From Camelus ferus (lineage: Eukaryota), in the NCBI RefSeq assembly GCF_009834535.1, contig NC_045717.1:25978001-26042000 (forward strand): a stretch of 64,000 nucleotides of DNA, given 5' to 3'. The number at the start of each line of letters is the position of its first letter. Position 1 is the stretch's first letter. The notes under the pieces are model-generated. The model saw nothing but the letters and a program-made list of their open reading frames with translations, was not told the origin of the DNA and ran no database searches. Positions 22,630 to 33,164 of the stretch are shown here, piece by piece. Made by a program: the position numbers and the translations under genes.

Positions 22630-22872
22630 AAACTTGTCAAGGACAGCTGTTGACAAGTGGGTCACAGGCCACACTTTCTATCACTGGTCAGGAGGAGATA
22701 GCTAGCCAGGTCAGAACAGAAGGAGCTTTGAGAAGGCCGCCTGGCCTGCCCAAGCTCCCAGCGGGTGCTGGCCCCCAAGGTCACATCCCGAGAGATAGGG
22801 GCTGCCCTCCTGCACAAACAGCCCTGCTCGCCCATATAAGCCAGGGCAGCCCAGCCCCTGGAAGCACCCAGA
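22630..22872 (+). promoter_or_regulatory. AMH proximal promoter
   Basis: Distal SF1/NR5A1 site TCAAGGACA 22637-22645, GATA AGATAG 22696-22701, SOX9-type CTTTGAG 22726-22732, proximal SF1 CCAAGGTCA 22775-22783, GATA AGATAG 22793-22798 and TATAA 22835-22839. The order and spacing match the characterised mammalian AMH promoter. Confidence 0.9.
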
Positions 22873-25523
22873 ATGCAGGGCCCGCCCCTCTCTCGGCTGG
22901 CCCTGGTGCTGTCGGTGCTGGGGGCTCTGCTGAGGGCCGGGACCCCCAGGGAAGAGACCTCCAGCACCCCAACCTTGCCTGGGGAGCCAACTACAGACAC
23001 TGGGGGGCTCATCTTCCACCAAGACTGGGAATGGCCCCCCCCCAGCATCCGGCCACCAGGCATCCCTGGGGATCCTCTGTGCCTGGTGACCCTGGGTGGG
23101 GGTGGCAATGGGAGCAGTGCTCTCCTGCGGGTGGTGGGGGCCTTGAGTGGCTACGAGCAGGCCTTCCTGGAGGCTGTGCAGCATGCCCGCTGGGGCCCTC
23201 GCGACCTGGCCACCTTCGGGGTCTGCCCCCCCAGCGGTAGGCAGGCTGCCCTGCCCCACCTACAGCAGCTGCAGGCGTGGCTGGGGGAGGCCGGGGGGCG
23301 GCGGCTGGTGGTCCTGCACCTGGAGGAAGGTATGTGGGGGCTATAGCCGGGAGCAGGGATGGGAGGCAGCCACCATTCTCCAGAGACTGGGTTCTGCCAG
23401 AGCCCCCAGCCCAGCCCCCTCCAGGCCTCTTCCAGAAGTTGAGACTGATGGCCAGAAAGGTGGGTGACCTGATGTTTGCCACATCTAGGGGCTGGAAGAC
23501 CTCCCATTCCCAGACCTGCCCCTCCACCCATGAAGGAGCCTCAGGGGTGAGGCCAGCACAGCCTGAAGGCCCAGCAGAGGACGGCCCCTCCCCTCCACAA
23601 AAGACCCCTGGTAGGGGTGTGTGTGGCCTGTCCTCAGGGGCCACTGGCCTCAAACCCACTACCAAGGGCTCAGAGGTGACAGGTGGCAGCCCGATCGCCC
23701 ACCCTGTTTGTCTGACACTCCTCTCAGGCCACCTGTGTCCCAGGGGCATCAGACCAGCTGCTGCTCAGGTGGGGCCTCTCCCGCCTGCAGGACAAGACAG
23801 GCTTGGCGGGAGGGGCTCCAGCTTCCGTGGCTCAGGTGTCCTTCCTCCATTGTTCTGGCCACAGTGATGTGGGAGCTGACGCCCTCGCTGAAGTTCCAGG
23901 AGCCTCCACCTGGAGGAGCCAGTCCCCTGGAGCTGGCCCTGCTGGTGTTGTACCCAGGAACCGGCCCGGAGGTCACCGTCACCGGGACTGGGCTGCCTGG
24001 CACCCAGGTACCAGGGAGTTGAGGGGGCTGTCCCTGGGCCCCAGGAGCCCTCACTCCTGGCAAGGGAGGGCGATGGGGTTTTCTAACTGCTTAACAGAAA
24101 GGCCACCAGGGTCCAGGCTGGAATCCTGAAGGGGTATTAAGAGCAGTAGGCTGAGCAGGGCTGGAACCCAGCAGCCCTGCCTGGCTGAGCTCCCATCTCC
24201 GCAGAGTCTCTGTCCAGCTCCGGACTCCAGTTACCTGGTGCTGGCTGTGGACCGCCCGGAGGTGGCCTGGCGCGGCCCTGGGCTCGCCCTGACCCTGCGG
24301 CGTCGCGGAAACGGTAGGCCCCCCTGACAGGGACCTGTCGGGCAGCTGACCCCTACCCCAAAACCCCAAGCTGCTGAGCCAGCACACACGTGTCACCCCC
24401 CCACCCCGCAGGTGCCCCCCTGAGCACTGCCCAGCTGCAGGCCCTGCTGTTTGGCTCGGATTCCCGCTGCTTCACACGGATGACCCCGGCCCTGTTGCTG
24501 CTGCCCCCACAAGGGCCTGTGCCTCTGTCCGCGCGAGGCCAGCTGGACTCGGTGCCCTTTCCACAGCCCAGGTGCGCGCAGGCGCAGACCTGGAGTGGGG
24601 GAGTGGGGGCAGAGGGACCCTGCACCTTCACGACCTCCTCGTGACCCTCCACTCCACTGTCCAGGGCGTCCCCGGAGCCCGAGGAGCCGCTCCCCAGCGC
24701 CGACCCCTTCCTGGAAACTCTCATGCGCCTGGTGCGCGCGCTGCGGGGTCCCCCGGCCCGAGCCTCGCCCCCGCGTCTGGCCCTGGACCCCGGAGCACTG
24801 GCCGGTTTCCCGCAGGGCCAGGTCAACCTGTCGGACCCCTCGGCGCTGGAGCGCCTGCTGGACGGCGAGGAGCCTCTGCTGCTGCTCCTGCCGCCCACCG
24901 CAGCCACCGCCGGGGGCCCCGCGCCTCTGCAGGATCCTGCCTCCGCGCTCTGGGCTGAGGGCCTCACGCGCCGGGTGACCGCCAAGCTTCAGAGGGCGGC
25001 CGAGGAGCTGCGCGGCCTCCCCGGGCTGCCGCCAGCCGCCACGCCACTGCTGGCACGCCTCCTCGCGCTGTGCCCGGGGGACCCGAGCGGCCCCGGCGGC
25101 CCGCTGCGCGCGCTGCTGCTACTAAAGGCGCTGCAGGGCCTGCGCGCCGAGTGGCACGGGCGGGAGCGGAGCGGCCCTGCCCGGGCGCAGCGCAGTGCGG
25201 GGGCCCCAGCCGCCGACGGGCCGTGTGCGCTGCGCGAGCTGCGCGTGGACCTGCGCGCCGAGCGCTCGGTACTCATCCCTGAGACGTACCAGGCCAACAA
25301 CTGCCAGGGTGCGTGCGGCTGGCCGCAGTCGGACCGCAACCCACGGTACGGCAACCATGTGGTGCTCCTGCTGAAGATGCAGGCCCGCGGCGTGGCCCTG
25401 GCGCGCCCGCCCTGCTGCGTGCCCACGGCCTACGCCGGCAAGCTCCTCATCAGCCTGTCGGAGGAGCGCATCAGTGCACACCATGTGCCAAACATGGTGG
25501 CCACCGAGTGCGGCTGCCGGTGA
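22873..25523 (+). CDS. AMH: Anti-Mullerian hormone precursor, 575 aa, 5 exons
   Basis: join(22873-23329, 23865-24007, 24205-24313, 24412-24571, 24665-25523) = 1728 nt. It has a signal peptide, the RAQR|S convertase site (25182-25193) and a TGF-beta cystine-knot domain ([10 protein letters not shown]...[21 protein letters not shown]...CCVP...ECGCR). Confidence 0.98.
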
Positions 25524-25579
25524 CCCTGTGCCCCAAGTGGCGCACTGGCCCATATTTATTTGGACCCCTTCATCACCCC

Positions 25580-25585
25580 AATAAA
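25580..25585 (+). terminator. AMH poly(A) signal AATAAA
   Basis: Canonical hexamer 56 nt after the stop, with a GU-rich downstream element. Confidence 0.9.
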
Positions 25586-25780
25586 GACCAGAAAGCACGT
25601 GGCTGGGGTGTCTGTGGTGTTTGGAGACAGGCCAGGGCTTCCTTCCGCCAGTTGTCATCCCCCTCAGCACTCTGGCCCCCACCCCCACCTGAAGCTCCCA
25701 ATCCCTGTTACTCAGGCCCCGGGTGGGTTCTGGGGTTCGGGCGCAAAAGAGCAGACAATGAAGAGGGCCCCAGCACTGAC

Positions 25781-25786
25781 TTTATT
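25781..25786 (-). terminator. JSRP1 poly(A) signal AATAAA
   Basis: TTTATT on +, 63 nt downstream of the JSRP1 stop on the minus strand. Confidence 0.9.
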
Positions 25787-25849
25787 TTGCTGTAATCACG
25801 GGACGGGCGAGCGGAGGCCCAGGAACTCCCGTGTGGGGCCAGACTTGGC

Positions 25850-28547
25850 TCAGTCCCGCCCCTTGCCTGCGCGGTGCTTCCGGCGGCCCGGAGGCCGGTC
25901 CTCCTCCTCCGGGGAGGCCCAGGCCTGCTTCTTCCTGTACTCTGGGTCTCCGGAGTCTCGCGCCCATGGCTGATGGCCCCCTTTGCGTGCCTCCCAATGC
26001 CGCGGTAGGGCTCTCCGGGGCTCCCCGGCAGCCCGTGGCCTCTCCTCTTTCCGTGGCTTCTCCCTCCGTGGTCTCTCTTCCCTTCTTGGCCTCTCCTCTT
26101 TCTGAGGCCTCTCCTTCCGCAGCCTCTCCTTCTTCGGCCCCTCCTTCAACCTCTCCTTGGGCCCTCGGTCTGCAAGGGGCGCGGGCTCCTCCCCAGCGGC
26201 CTCCTCAGACTCCCCTTTGTCCTTCCCTGCAGCCTCCCTGCTCCCGGGGACCTTGGCCCTTTCCTCTACCTTCATCTGGGGTGCAGGCGGTCCCAGTGGG
26301 GGAGCCCAGGTCACGGGCTTTGGCTGCAATGCGGACAGTGTGGGGTGGTGGGGTCAGAGCAGAATGCCACGGGGGCCCAGGCCCCTTCCCCCAATGAGAG
26401 CCCCACTGACGGGTCACTTGAAGGACGTGCTTACCAGGGCCGATGCAGGACCCTTCGGGGCTGAGCTTGGCGGGACGCACGGTTCAAGGACAGGCACAGG
26501 GGCTTCCGCTTCCCCAGCCACGGCCTCTGGGAAGGGCCAGGAGGGGATGTGAGTCAGCCTGAGCCGGAGAGCCGACCACACGGTCCATCCCAGCCCTTTC
26601 CCCTAGAGCCCCCTCTTCCTGGGGACAGGCAAGGGGGCTCAGCCAAGCCAGACTCCACCAGGTACCCTGAGGCTGGACTGAATCCGTCCGAGCCCTGGGA
26701 AGGGGCTCCGGGTCTCCACTACGGCGGAGGCCTTTCCTTCAAAGCTCCCTCATTCAGGTAGCAAAAGGATGCTCCCCGTTTCTCCGAGGGCGGTAGGAGC
26801 GCCACGGCGCAAGGAAAGCGGCACACTACCGAGTGGGGGTGCACACAGCCCATCCTGGGCGTGCAAGGCCGGTGGGGGCGGGGCTGAGGGCCTCTTCTCA
26901 GGGAGGAAGGTGCACCAAGGCCCCTACTGGGACGGGAAGGGCTCCGCGGAAGGTCCGTGTTGGGGACGCGCGCGAGGCTCAAAGCCGGTCCTGAATAGTG
27001 GGTCTCAGACGCCACCCTGGGGGCGCATAAGGCCGGAGCAGGAAGTGCAGGGGGCGGGTCCCAAGGTCCATACTAGGGGGCAGGGGGCGCGCACTGCCTG
27101 GGGTGGGGGTCCAAGACCCAACTCTGAAGGGGAGGCGCACAGACCGGCCCCCCGGAAGAAGCCACGCGTGGGGCACAGCTCACCGCGGCACAGCTGGAAG
27201 GCGGAGCCCAGCAGCGCCACGAGCGAGGCGAGCACCAGGCACTTGTTGAGCGACAGCTCTCCCCAGGGCAGCTCCTCGCTCAGGGCCGGGGGCGGCGGCG
27301 GCGGCTGCGGGGGCGGCACGGCCTGCGTCTTCTTCCGCGCGGGGCTCCGGGGGGCTGCGGGAGCGGGTGCGGGATGGGCGCGGGCTGCCAGGGGCGGAGC
27401 CCCGGCTGCGCTCGGCCCCGCCCTGCCCGGCTGTGCGGCCATGCGCGGAGGAGCTAAGCTCTGCCGGCTTGGCACCTCCGCTGGGATACCGAAAATATTC
27501 TAGAAGATAACTCGCTGAAGCTTAGTAGCACCTGAGCTGATGTTAGCATGAATTACAGAGGCTCACAGCCCGTTTCGTTACGTCACTCCACCAGGAGCCC
27601 CGTGCACGGTACTGACTCCCCATCTAAGGACCCGGCCCAGGATCGACCCCCAACCCAATACTGGTCCAAGCCCACCCCCCGCCTCACCCCTGTCTCCGGC
27701 AAACCCACTTGCTCCTGTTTTCAGCCTCTCCTTCCCGTGTCCTGAGGCCACTTTGGCCACCGGCTCCTTTTCTGTCATCTTGGGCCTGGCATCCACACCG
27801 CCTGCGGGGCTGCCCTCAGCTACCGGCTCCTGAGAATCCTATGCAGAGCGACATGTCATCCTGGCAGTTTCCTTCCAGTCTTTCCTCCGAGGGAGACCAA
27901 ACCCTTCCCATGGGCTGCAGACATCCACCGTCAGTGCCAGCACATCCTGTCCTCCAGGGGCACCCTGGGCTGAACCCCAAGGGCCCAGGCTACTCACCTG
28001 AGGCCAGCTGTTGGAGTCGGCCAGACTGGGTGTCACTGTTGGTGGGAAAAGAGGGAGAGTGAAGGTCATGGGAACCCCCAGGCTGACCCCACCCTGCCCC
28101 GGGTTCTGCTGGGTGAGGGCTGGGTAACTGCTCCCGTTTTACAGATTTGAAAGTAGACAGACTGAGACTTGCACACAGGTGCACGGCACTTCACTGACAA
28201 GCTGGGATTCTAAACCTGACCTCTGCGGCCCGGCACCTGTGTTCTTTGGGCTCCTTATGAACCCCCAAGGCTTTAATGGGCACCCCCAAGACTTTAATGG
28301 GCACGGAGTGTGGAAATGGAGAGCACGGTTTAAGCCAGTCTAAGGTGGGAGTCCAAGGCCTGGTCTCTGAAGGTGAGCCACCTGGCTCAACAGAAAGTGG
28401 GCTGCACTCTGTGGCGCCCTCTGGGGTACCTGGAGCCCTGTCCTCCCGCGGCTGGCCTGGGCAGGGGTCAGCCAGTGCAGAGAGGCCCTCGTCCACTTGG
28501 CAGCTGCCCAGGCCTCCATCCAGCTCCTCCAGGGCCCTGGTTGTCAT
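25850..28547 (-). CDS. JSRP1: Junctional sarcoplasmic reticulum protein 1 (JP-45), 340 aa, 6 coding exons
   Basis: complement(join(25850-26323, 26435-26526, 27184-27354, 27709-27838, 27998-28035, 28430-28547)) = 1023 nt. All introns are GT-AG. The protein has MTTRALEELDGGLGSCQ..., the hydrophobic segment LSLNKCLVLASLVALLGSAFQLCR and an E/K/R-rich tail ending RAGKGRD. Confidence 0.95.
28135..28225. mobile_element. MIR fragment in a JSRP1 intron
   Basis: CCCGTTTTACAGAT...GACTTGC...GCTGGGATTCTAAACC. Confidence 0.55.
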
Positions 28548-28964
28548 GGAGACGTCTGAGAAACAGCAGGTCCAGAGTCAGGCTGGAGGGAACGGGGAAG
28601 AGGCGGCCTACATTTGCTGAGCTCCTGCTATGGGCCTGGGCCTGACCTGGGGAGAGGGGGCTCCGACCTGCCCCTCCCAACAGGCCTTGCTTGGCCCCCT
28701 TCCTGGAGCCCCATTCACTTGGTAAATTCATACTCATGCAAGGCAAGGCCAGCAGCCTCTGCCAGGCACTCTCCCTGACCCCCCCCAGGACCCCTCCTGA
28801 TAGGCCAGCCTCCTTGGGGCCCCAGCATCCCTGAGCATTCAGGATGGGGAGGCTGCTGGGGCCCCAGGGAGGGCTGGGTCCTGCTCGTGGTCACAGAGAT
28901 GAGCAAGGAGCCCAAACCAGAACCCTTGGCCCCAGGGTCGGCTCATGTTCTCTGAGACCAGGGA

Positions 28965-28974
28965 CTATTTTTAT
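28965..28974. promoter_or_regulatory. MEF2-like/TATA-like element upstream of JSRP1
   Basis: CTATTTTTAT has one mismatch to YTAWWWWTAR, lies in a GC-rich context and is about 420 nt upstream of the JSRP1 ATG. JSRP1 is a skeletal-muscle gene. Confidence 0.45.
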
Positions 28975-29239
28975 CTGGTGCCTGAGGCCAGCAGGACAGG
29001 CCAACATGGGGCCCAGCCCCTCCCAGGCCTTTGCCCCCCCTGGGGTCTCCCTCTGGACCATCCTCACCAGCCATTCCCGGCACCCACACTCCCCCTGGAC
29101 CCCCTAAGTCTAGGAGCTCAAGCCCCAGCAGCCAGGATCAGCCTCACTCTGGCCGTGACAGGCAGGGACAGGGGCAGGGGATCCCAGACCTCCCGATCCC
29201 AAAGCTGGGGTCCCCGCCCCTCTGACTGTCTCTGCTTCC

Positions 29240-29310
29240 ACCTCACAGATGAAGAAACTGAGGCTAGAGCTGGAGCCAGAGGTTGTGCAGAGCTTGAGTC
29301 AAACCTGTCT
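29240..29310. mobile_element. MIR fragment
   Basis: CACAGATGAAGAAACTGAGGCTAGAG core. Confidence 0.6.
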
Positions 29311-30019
29311 GTTGGCCCCCACAGCCTTGCTTTTCTGGGTCACCAGTGCCTCTAGCTCCAGTGTCAGTGTGACCCATCCCTGGGCAGAAAGAGGACCCTT
29401 CCCTGGGGCCAGAGCAGGCCATGGGGGAGGGGCCCAATGGGCAGGGGGGCAATGCCCCTAGGTGTGTTTGGGGGCATCCACCGGAGCTGGGGATCCCCGT
29501 GGACCTCAGGGATGCCCTCCCAGACCCCAGGGACCCCCTCTGTCCAGGCCGCCCCCTGCCTATCTTACCTCACTGCTGCGGTGTTGGGCCTGGTGCACAG
29601 GATGGATCATGAGGAGGGTGGCCCCATGACAGACAGCAACAGGTGGCCAGAGGCCACAGGGTGGGCCAATCAGCTCACTGGTTGCAGTGGGAGGGGGAGG
29701 AGGCCTCGCTGGAGATCCCAGCTGGGCACACCCCCGACTTGGAGCAGGACCAGGCATTGGGCCCGGGGGCGGCCCCACCCCCACCAGCGTGGCGCCACCT
29801 CCAGGCTGGCCACAGTGACCCTGGGAGCATTGCTTCCTGTCTCTCAGCCTCAGAAAAGAGGGTCTCGGGGGTGAAAACTCCCACAGAACGTGGTCAGCTT
29901 GCCTTTGGTCTTGGGTCTGGTCAGCCATCCTTAGCTAAACAACCATGCCCCTGCGGAGCCCAGGGCCGTCAGGAGGGGCTTCCCGGAGGAGGACGACACC
30001 GCTGAGGGGAAGCCAGGCT

Positions 30020-30100
30020 CTGCTGGCTCAGCTTCCTCATCTGGAAAGTGGGGTCATTTCCTCCCAGGGGGGCAGTAAGGTCAGAAGGAGTTAATCCGGG
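30020..30100. mobile_element. MIR fragment
   Basis: CTCAGCTTCCTCATCTGGAAAGTGGGG core. Confidence 0.6.
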
Positions 30101-30233
30101 TTAAACAACCACTTGATAAGTATGGACTGCTTTTGTGTCATCCCATCTAGTCACGCGTTCACGCCTTTGTTTAGTCAGTCATCAAACACACACCACCAAC
30201 ACAGCCCAGCTGTATGGGAAATAAGTTTGTCAC

Positions 30234-30318
30234 TTTTTTCTTTAATGGAGGTACTGGGGACTGAACCCAAGACCTTGTGTATGCTAAGCACACGCTCTAA
30301 CACTGAGCTATACCCACC
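30234..30318 (-). mobile_element. tRNA-derived SINE (vic-1-like), short tail
   Basis: ATGGAGGTACTGGGGACTGAACCCAAGACCTTGTGTATGCTAAGCACACGCTCTAACACTGAGCTATACCC. Confidence 0.9.
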
Positions 30319-30329
30319 TGCCTGTCATT

Positions 30330-31575
30330 TTTTTAAATGAGGTTTTTGAGATACAGTTTATGTACCATATAATACAGTCTGTAAAGTGTACAATTCAGGA
30401 GTATTTAGTACATTCTCACAGTTGTGCCACCAGCACCTCTAATTCCAGAACATCCCAAAAAGAAGCCCTGTCCCCGTTGATAATCACCCTCCCATCCCCC
30501 TCCCCAGCCCCTGACAGCCAGGAGCCCCCTCCCTGTGTCTGGGGACTGGCCTGTTCTGGACGTCTCACATCCATGGACTCACACACTGCGTGTCCTTCTG
30601 TGTCTGCTTCTCTCACTGAGCGTCGTGTTCTCAGGGTCCGTCCACGTGGTAGCAAGTGTCAGGGCTTCTCTCCTTTTCACGGCCGAGCAATGCTCCCCTG
30701 TGTGGAGGGACACATTTGTGTGTGTCCATTCACCAGCCTCTCACACGGCTGGGATTGGGGGAGGAGAGGAGGTGAATTGGTCAAGTGCAGGTACAGAGCC
30801 TGTCTTCAAGTAACATGTTGATATTTTATTCATTGTAGACTTTTATGCATTAATTTTTAATGTGGTAAAATATACATAAACATAAAACTTACCAAAGGAA
30901 AAAAAAAACATAAAATTCACCATCTTAACCGTTTGTGAGAGCACAGCTCAGCGGCGTTAAGCACACTCACACTGTTGTGCCGCCATCCCCACCACCGTCT
31001 CCAGAGCTTCCTCATCTTCCCAAACTGAAACTCTGTCCCCGTGAAACACTGACTCCCCAGCCCCTCCCCCAGCCCCAGCCCCACCGTCTGCTCTCTGTCT
31101 CTGTGGATGTGACTCCTCCAGGGACCTCCTGTGAGTGGGCTCAGTCAGTGCGTGTCCTTCTGCGCTGGGTTCTCCCGCTGAGCTCCACGTCCTCAAGGTC
31201 CATCCACGCTGCAGCAGGTGCCGGAACCGCCTTCTTTCTGAGGCTGAGTGGTGCTTCATTACAGGGATGCTCCACACTCTGCTTGCGTATTCACCCGTCT
31301 ATGGACACTTGGGGTGTTTCCACCTTAAGCTGCTGTGAGTCATGCCGCTGTGGACACAGGTGTGCAAACGTCTCTTCCTGTCCTTGCTTTTGATTCTCCT
31401 GGGTCCGTACCAGGAGCGGGACTGGGTCCCACTGGGTCATATGGGGAGTTTACGCTTAACTGTTTGAGGAGTGCTCCACCACGGCTGCGTCATTTTCATC
31501 CCCACCTGCTGTGCACGACGGTTCTGATTTGTTCACATCCTTGCCCACTCTTGTTGTTGTCTGGGTTTTTTTTTA
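30330..31575 (-). mobile_element. Two adjacent L1MB-type 3'-end fragments (~30330-30760 and ~30830-31575)
   Basis: TTTTGAGATACAGTTT...AAAGTGTACAATTCAG...CTGTTCTGGAC and GTGGTAAAATATACATAAACATAAAA...CCATCTTAACC...GATGGACAC. Confidence 0.75.
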
Positions 31576-31595
31576 AATAATATATTCTATTTTGA

Positions 31596-31747
31596 GGGGG
31601 AGGGCATACCTCAGTGGTAGAGCGTGTTCTTAGCAGGCACGAGGTCCTGGGTTCAGCGCCCAGTACTTCCATTAAATAAATAAATAAACCTAATTACTTC
31701 CTCTCCCCACCCCCCAAAAAAAGCCAAATAAAAAATTAAATAATATC
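31596..31747 (+). mobile_element. tRNA-derived SINE (vic-1-like) with 12-bp target-site duplication
   Basis: GGGGGAGGGCATACCTCAGTGGTAGAGCG...GAGGTCCTGGGTTCAGCGCCCAGTACTTCC followed by an (AAAT)n tail. ATATTCTATTTT flanks it at 31582-31593 and 31748-31759. Confidence 0.92.
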
Positions 31748-32344
31748 ATATTCTATTTTAAGTAAGGTTTCAAATTCAGTTTCTCTGTCCCCCGGCCACA
31801 TTTCAAGTGGCTGCCACACTGGAAGGGGCAGGTGGAGAGCAGGGTTCAGAGACCCCACGGGGTGGCACTGCCCTAGACGGCCAGGCTGGAACGAATGCAC
31901 CACTCATCTAAATGCCCATCCATCCATCACAGACTTGTATCACATGCCAAATCCTGCACTGAGGGTCTGGGATGAAGGAGGAAGGAGACTTTGTGCCGCC
32001 CTGTTGGCGCTTGGCAAGGGGGACAAACCCTGCCCCCCCAATGCCTCTTTGCAGGACCCAGAGCCCCTTCCCTGCTGCCCTCCCAGATCCCACCTCTTGC
32101 CCCCCCCTTCCCTGACACACAGAGTGGCCTCAGACCTGCCAGGATGCTCAGCACCTCCCGCCTTTGCTTTCCTTTCCCTTCTGCCCAGAACAGCCCTCAC
32201 CCTTGTGTCATGATACCACAATGGTGGTAAGCGGGAAACGTGGAGACAACTTATTTTTGCACCCAGAGGTTAAGTAAGAAAATGTCAGTAAAGCAGTGAA
32301 ACCGGAAAACCAGACAGCCTCACAAACCATTGCAGAAAACCATC

Positions 32345-32794
32345 TGTATGGGGCTGAATTGCTGCTGCAATGAATTCACACGAACGTAGTGGTTTAAAAC
32401 AGTACGTAATACCCTCGCACAGTTCTGAAGGCACAAGTCTGACCTGGGCTCAATCCAGGCATGGGCAAGGCTAGTCCCTCCGGAGGCTCCAGGGAAGAAT
32501 CAGGTCCCGCCTTCTCCAGCTTCTAGAGGCCCCACATCCCTGGCTTGCGGCCCCTCCCTCCATCCTCACCGCCAGCAGCGCGGCATCTCCCGTTTCTCTC
32601 TGACTGACCTCCCACCTCTCTCTGATGAGGACCCTGTGATGACACGGGACCTCCTGGGAATCCAGGGTCACCCTCATCCCAGCGCCTTAACTTAATCCCA
32701 CCTGCAAAGTCCCCTCTCCCCTGTGAGGTGACACATCCACAGGTCCCAGGACCAGGATGTGGGCATATTTGAGGGCTGTTATCCCGGCGACCAC
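32345..32794 (-). mobile_element. MaLR solo LTR (MLT1A-like)
   Basis: GTGGTTTAAAACAG...CACAGTTCTG...CTCCAGCTTCTAGAGG...CCTGCAAAGTCCC...ACCACA. Confidence 0.85.
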
Positions 32795-33164
32795 AGCATC
32801 CGAGACGTATAGATAAGTGAAGGCAAACAAGACAAGAGTGTGGATCCCATTTATATGAAAATGCAGTTACCCATAAATAGAACAGGGAGAGACTAAACTG
32901 TGGTAATGCAAAGAGAATGGTCTGGAAGAAGACATCCCCTAATTGTTAACAGTGGCTTCCTCCAGGTAGGGGATATGGGGCCTGGGGTTGAGGAGTTTTG
33001 GAGAAGGCCATGAGATTCGAAAGCCAGAATGTATGCAGTGTCCCAGCAAGTCTGAAACCAACAGATGCAACAGACACTAAAATCTAAGAGCAAACTACAA
33101 GGAGAAGCCAGATGTTAAACACTTCCAAACTATCTCCCCTGAGGTATTAATTACAAAGGGATAT

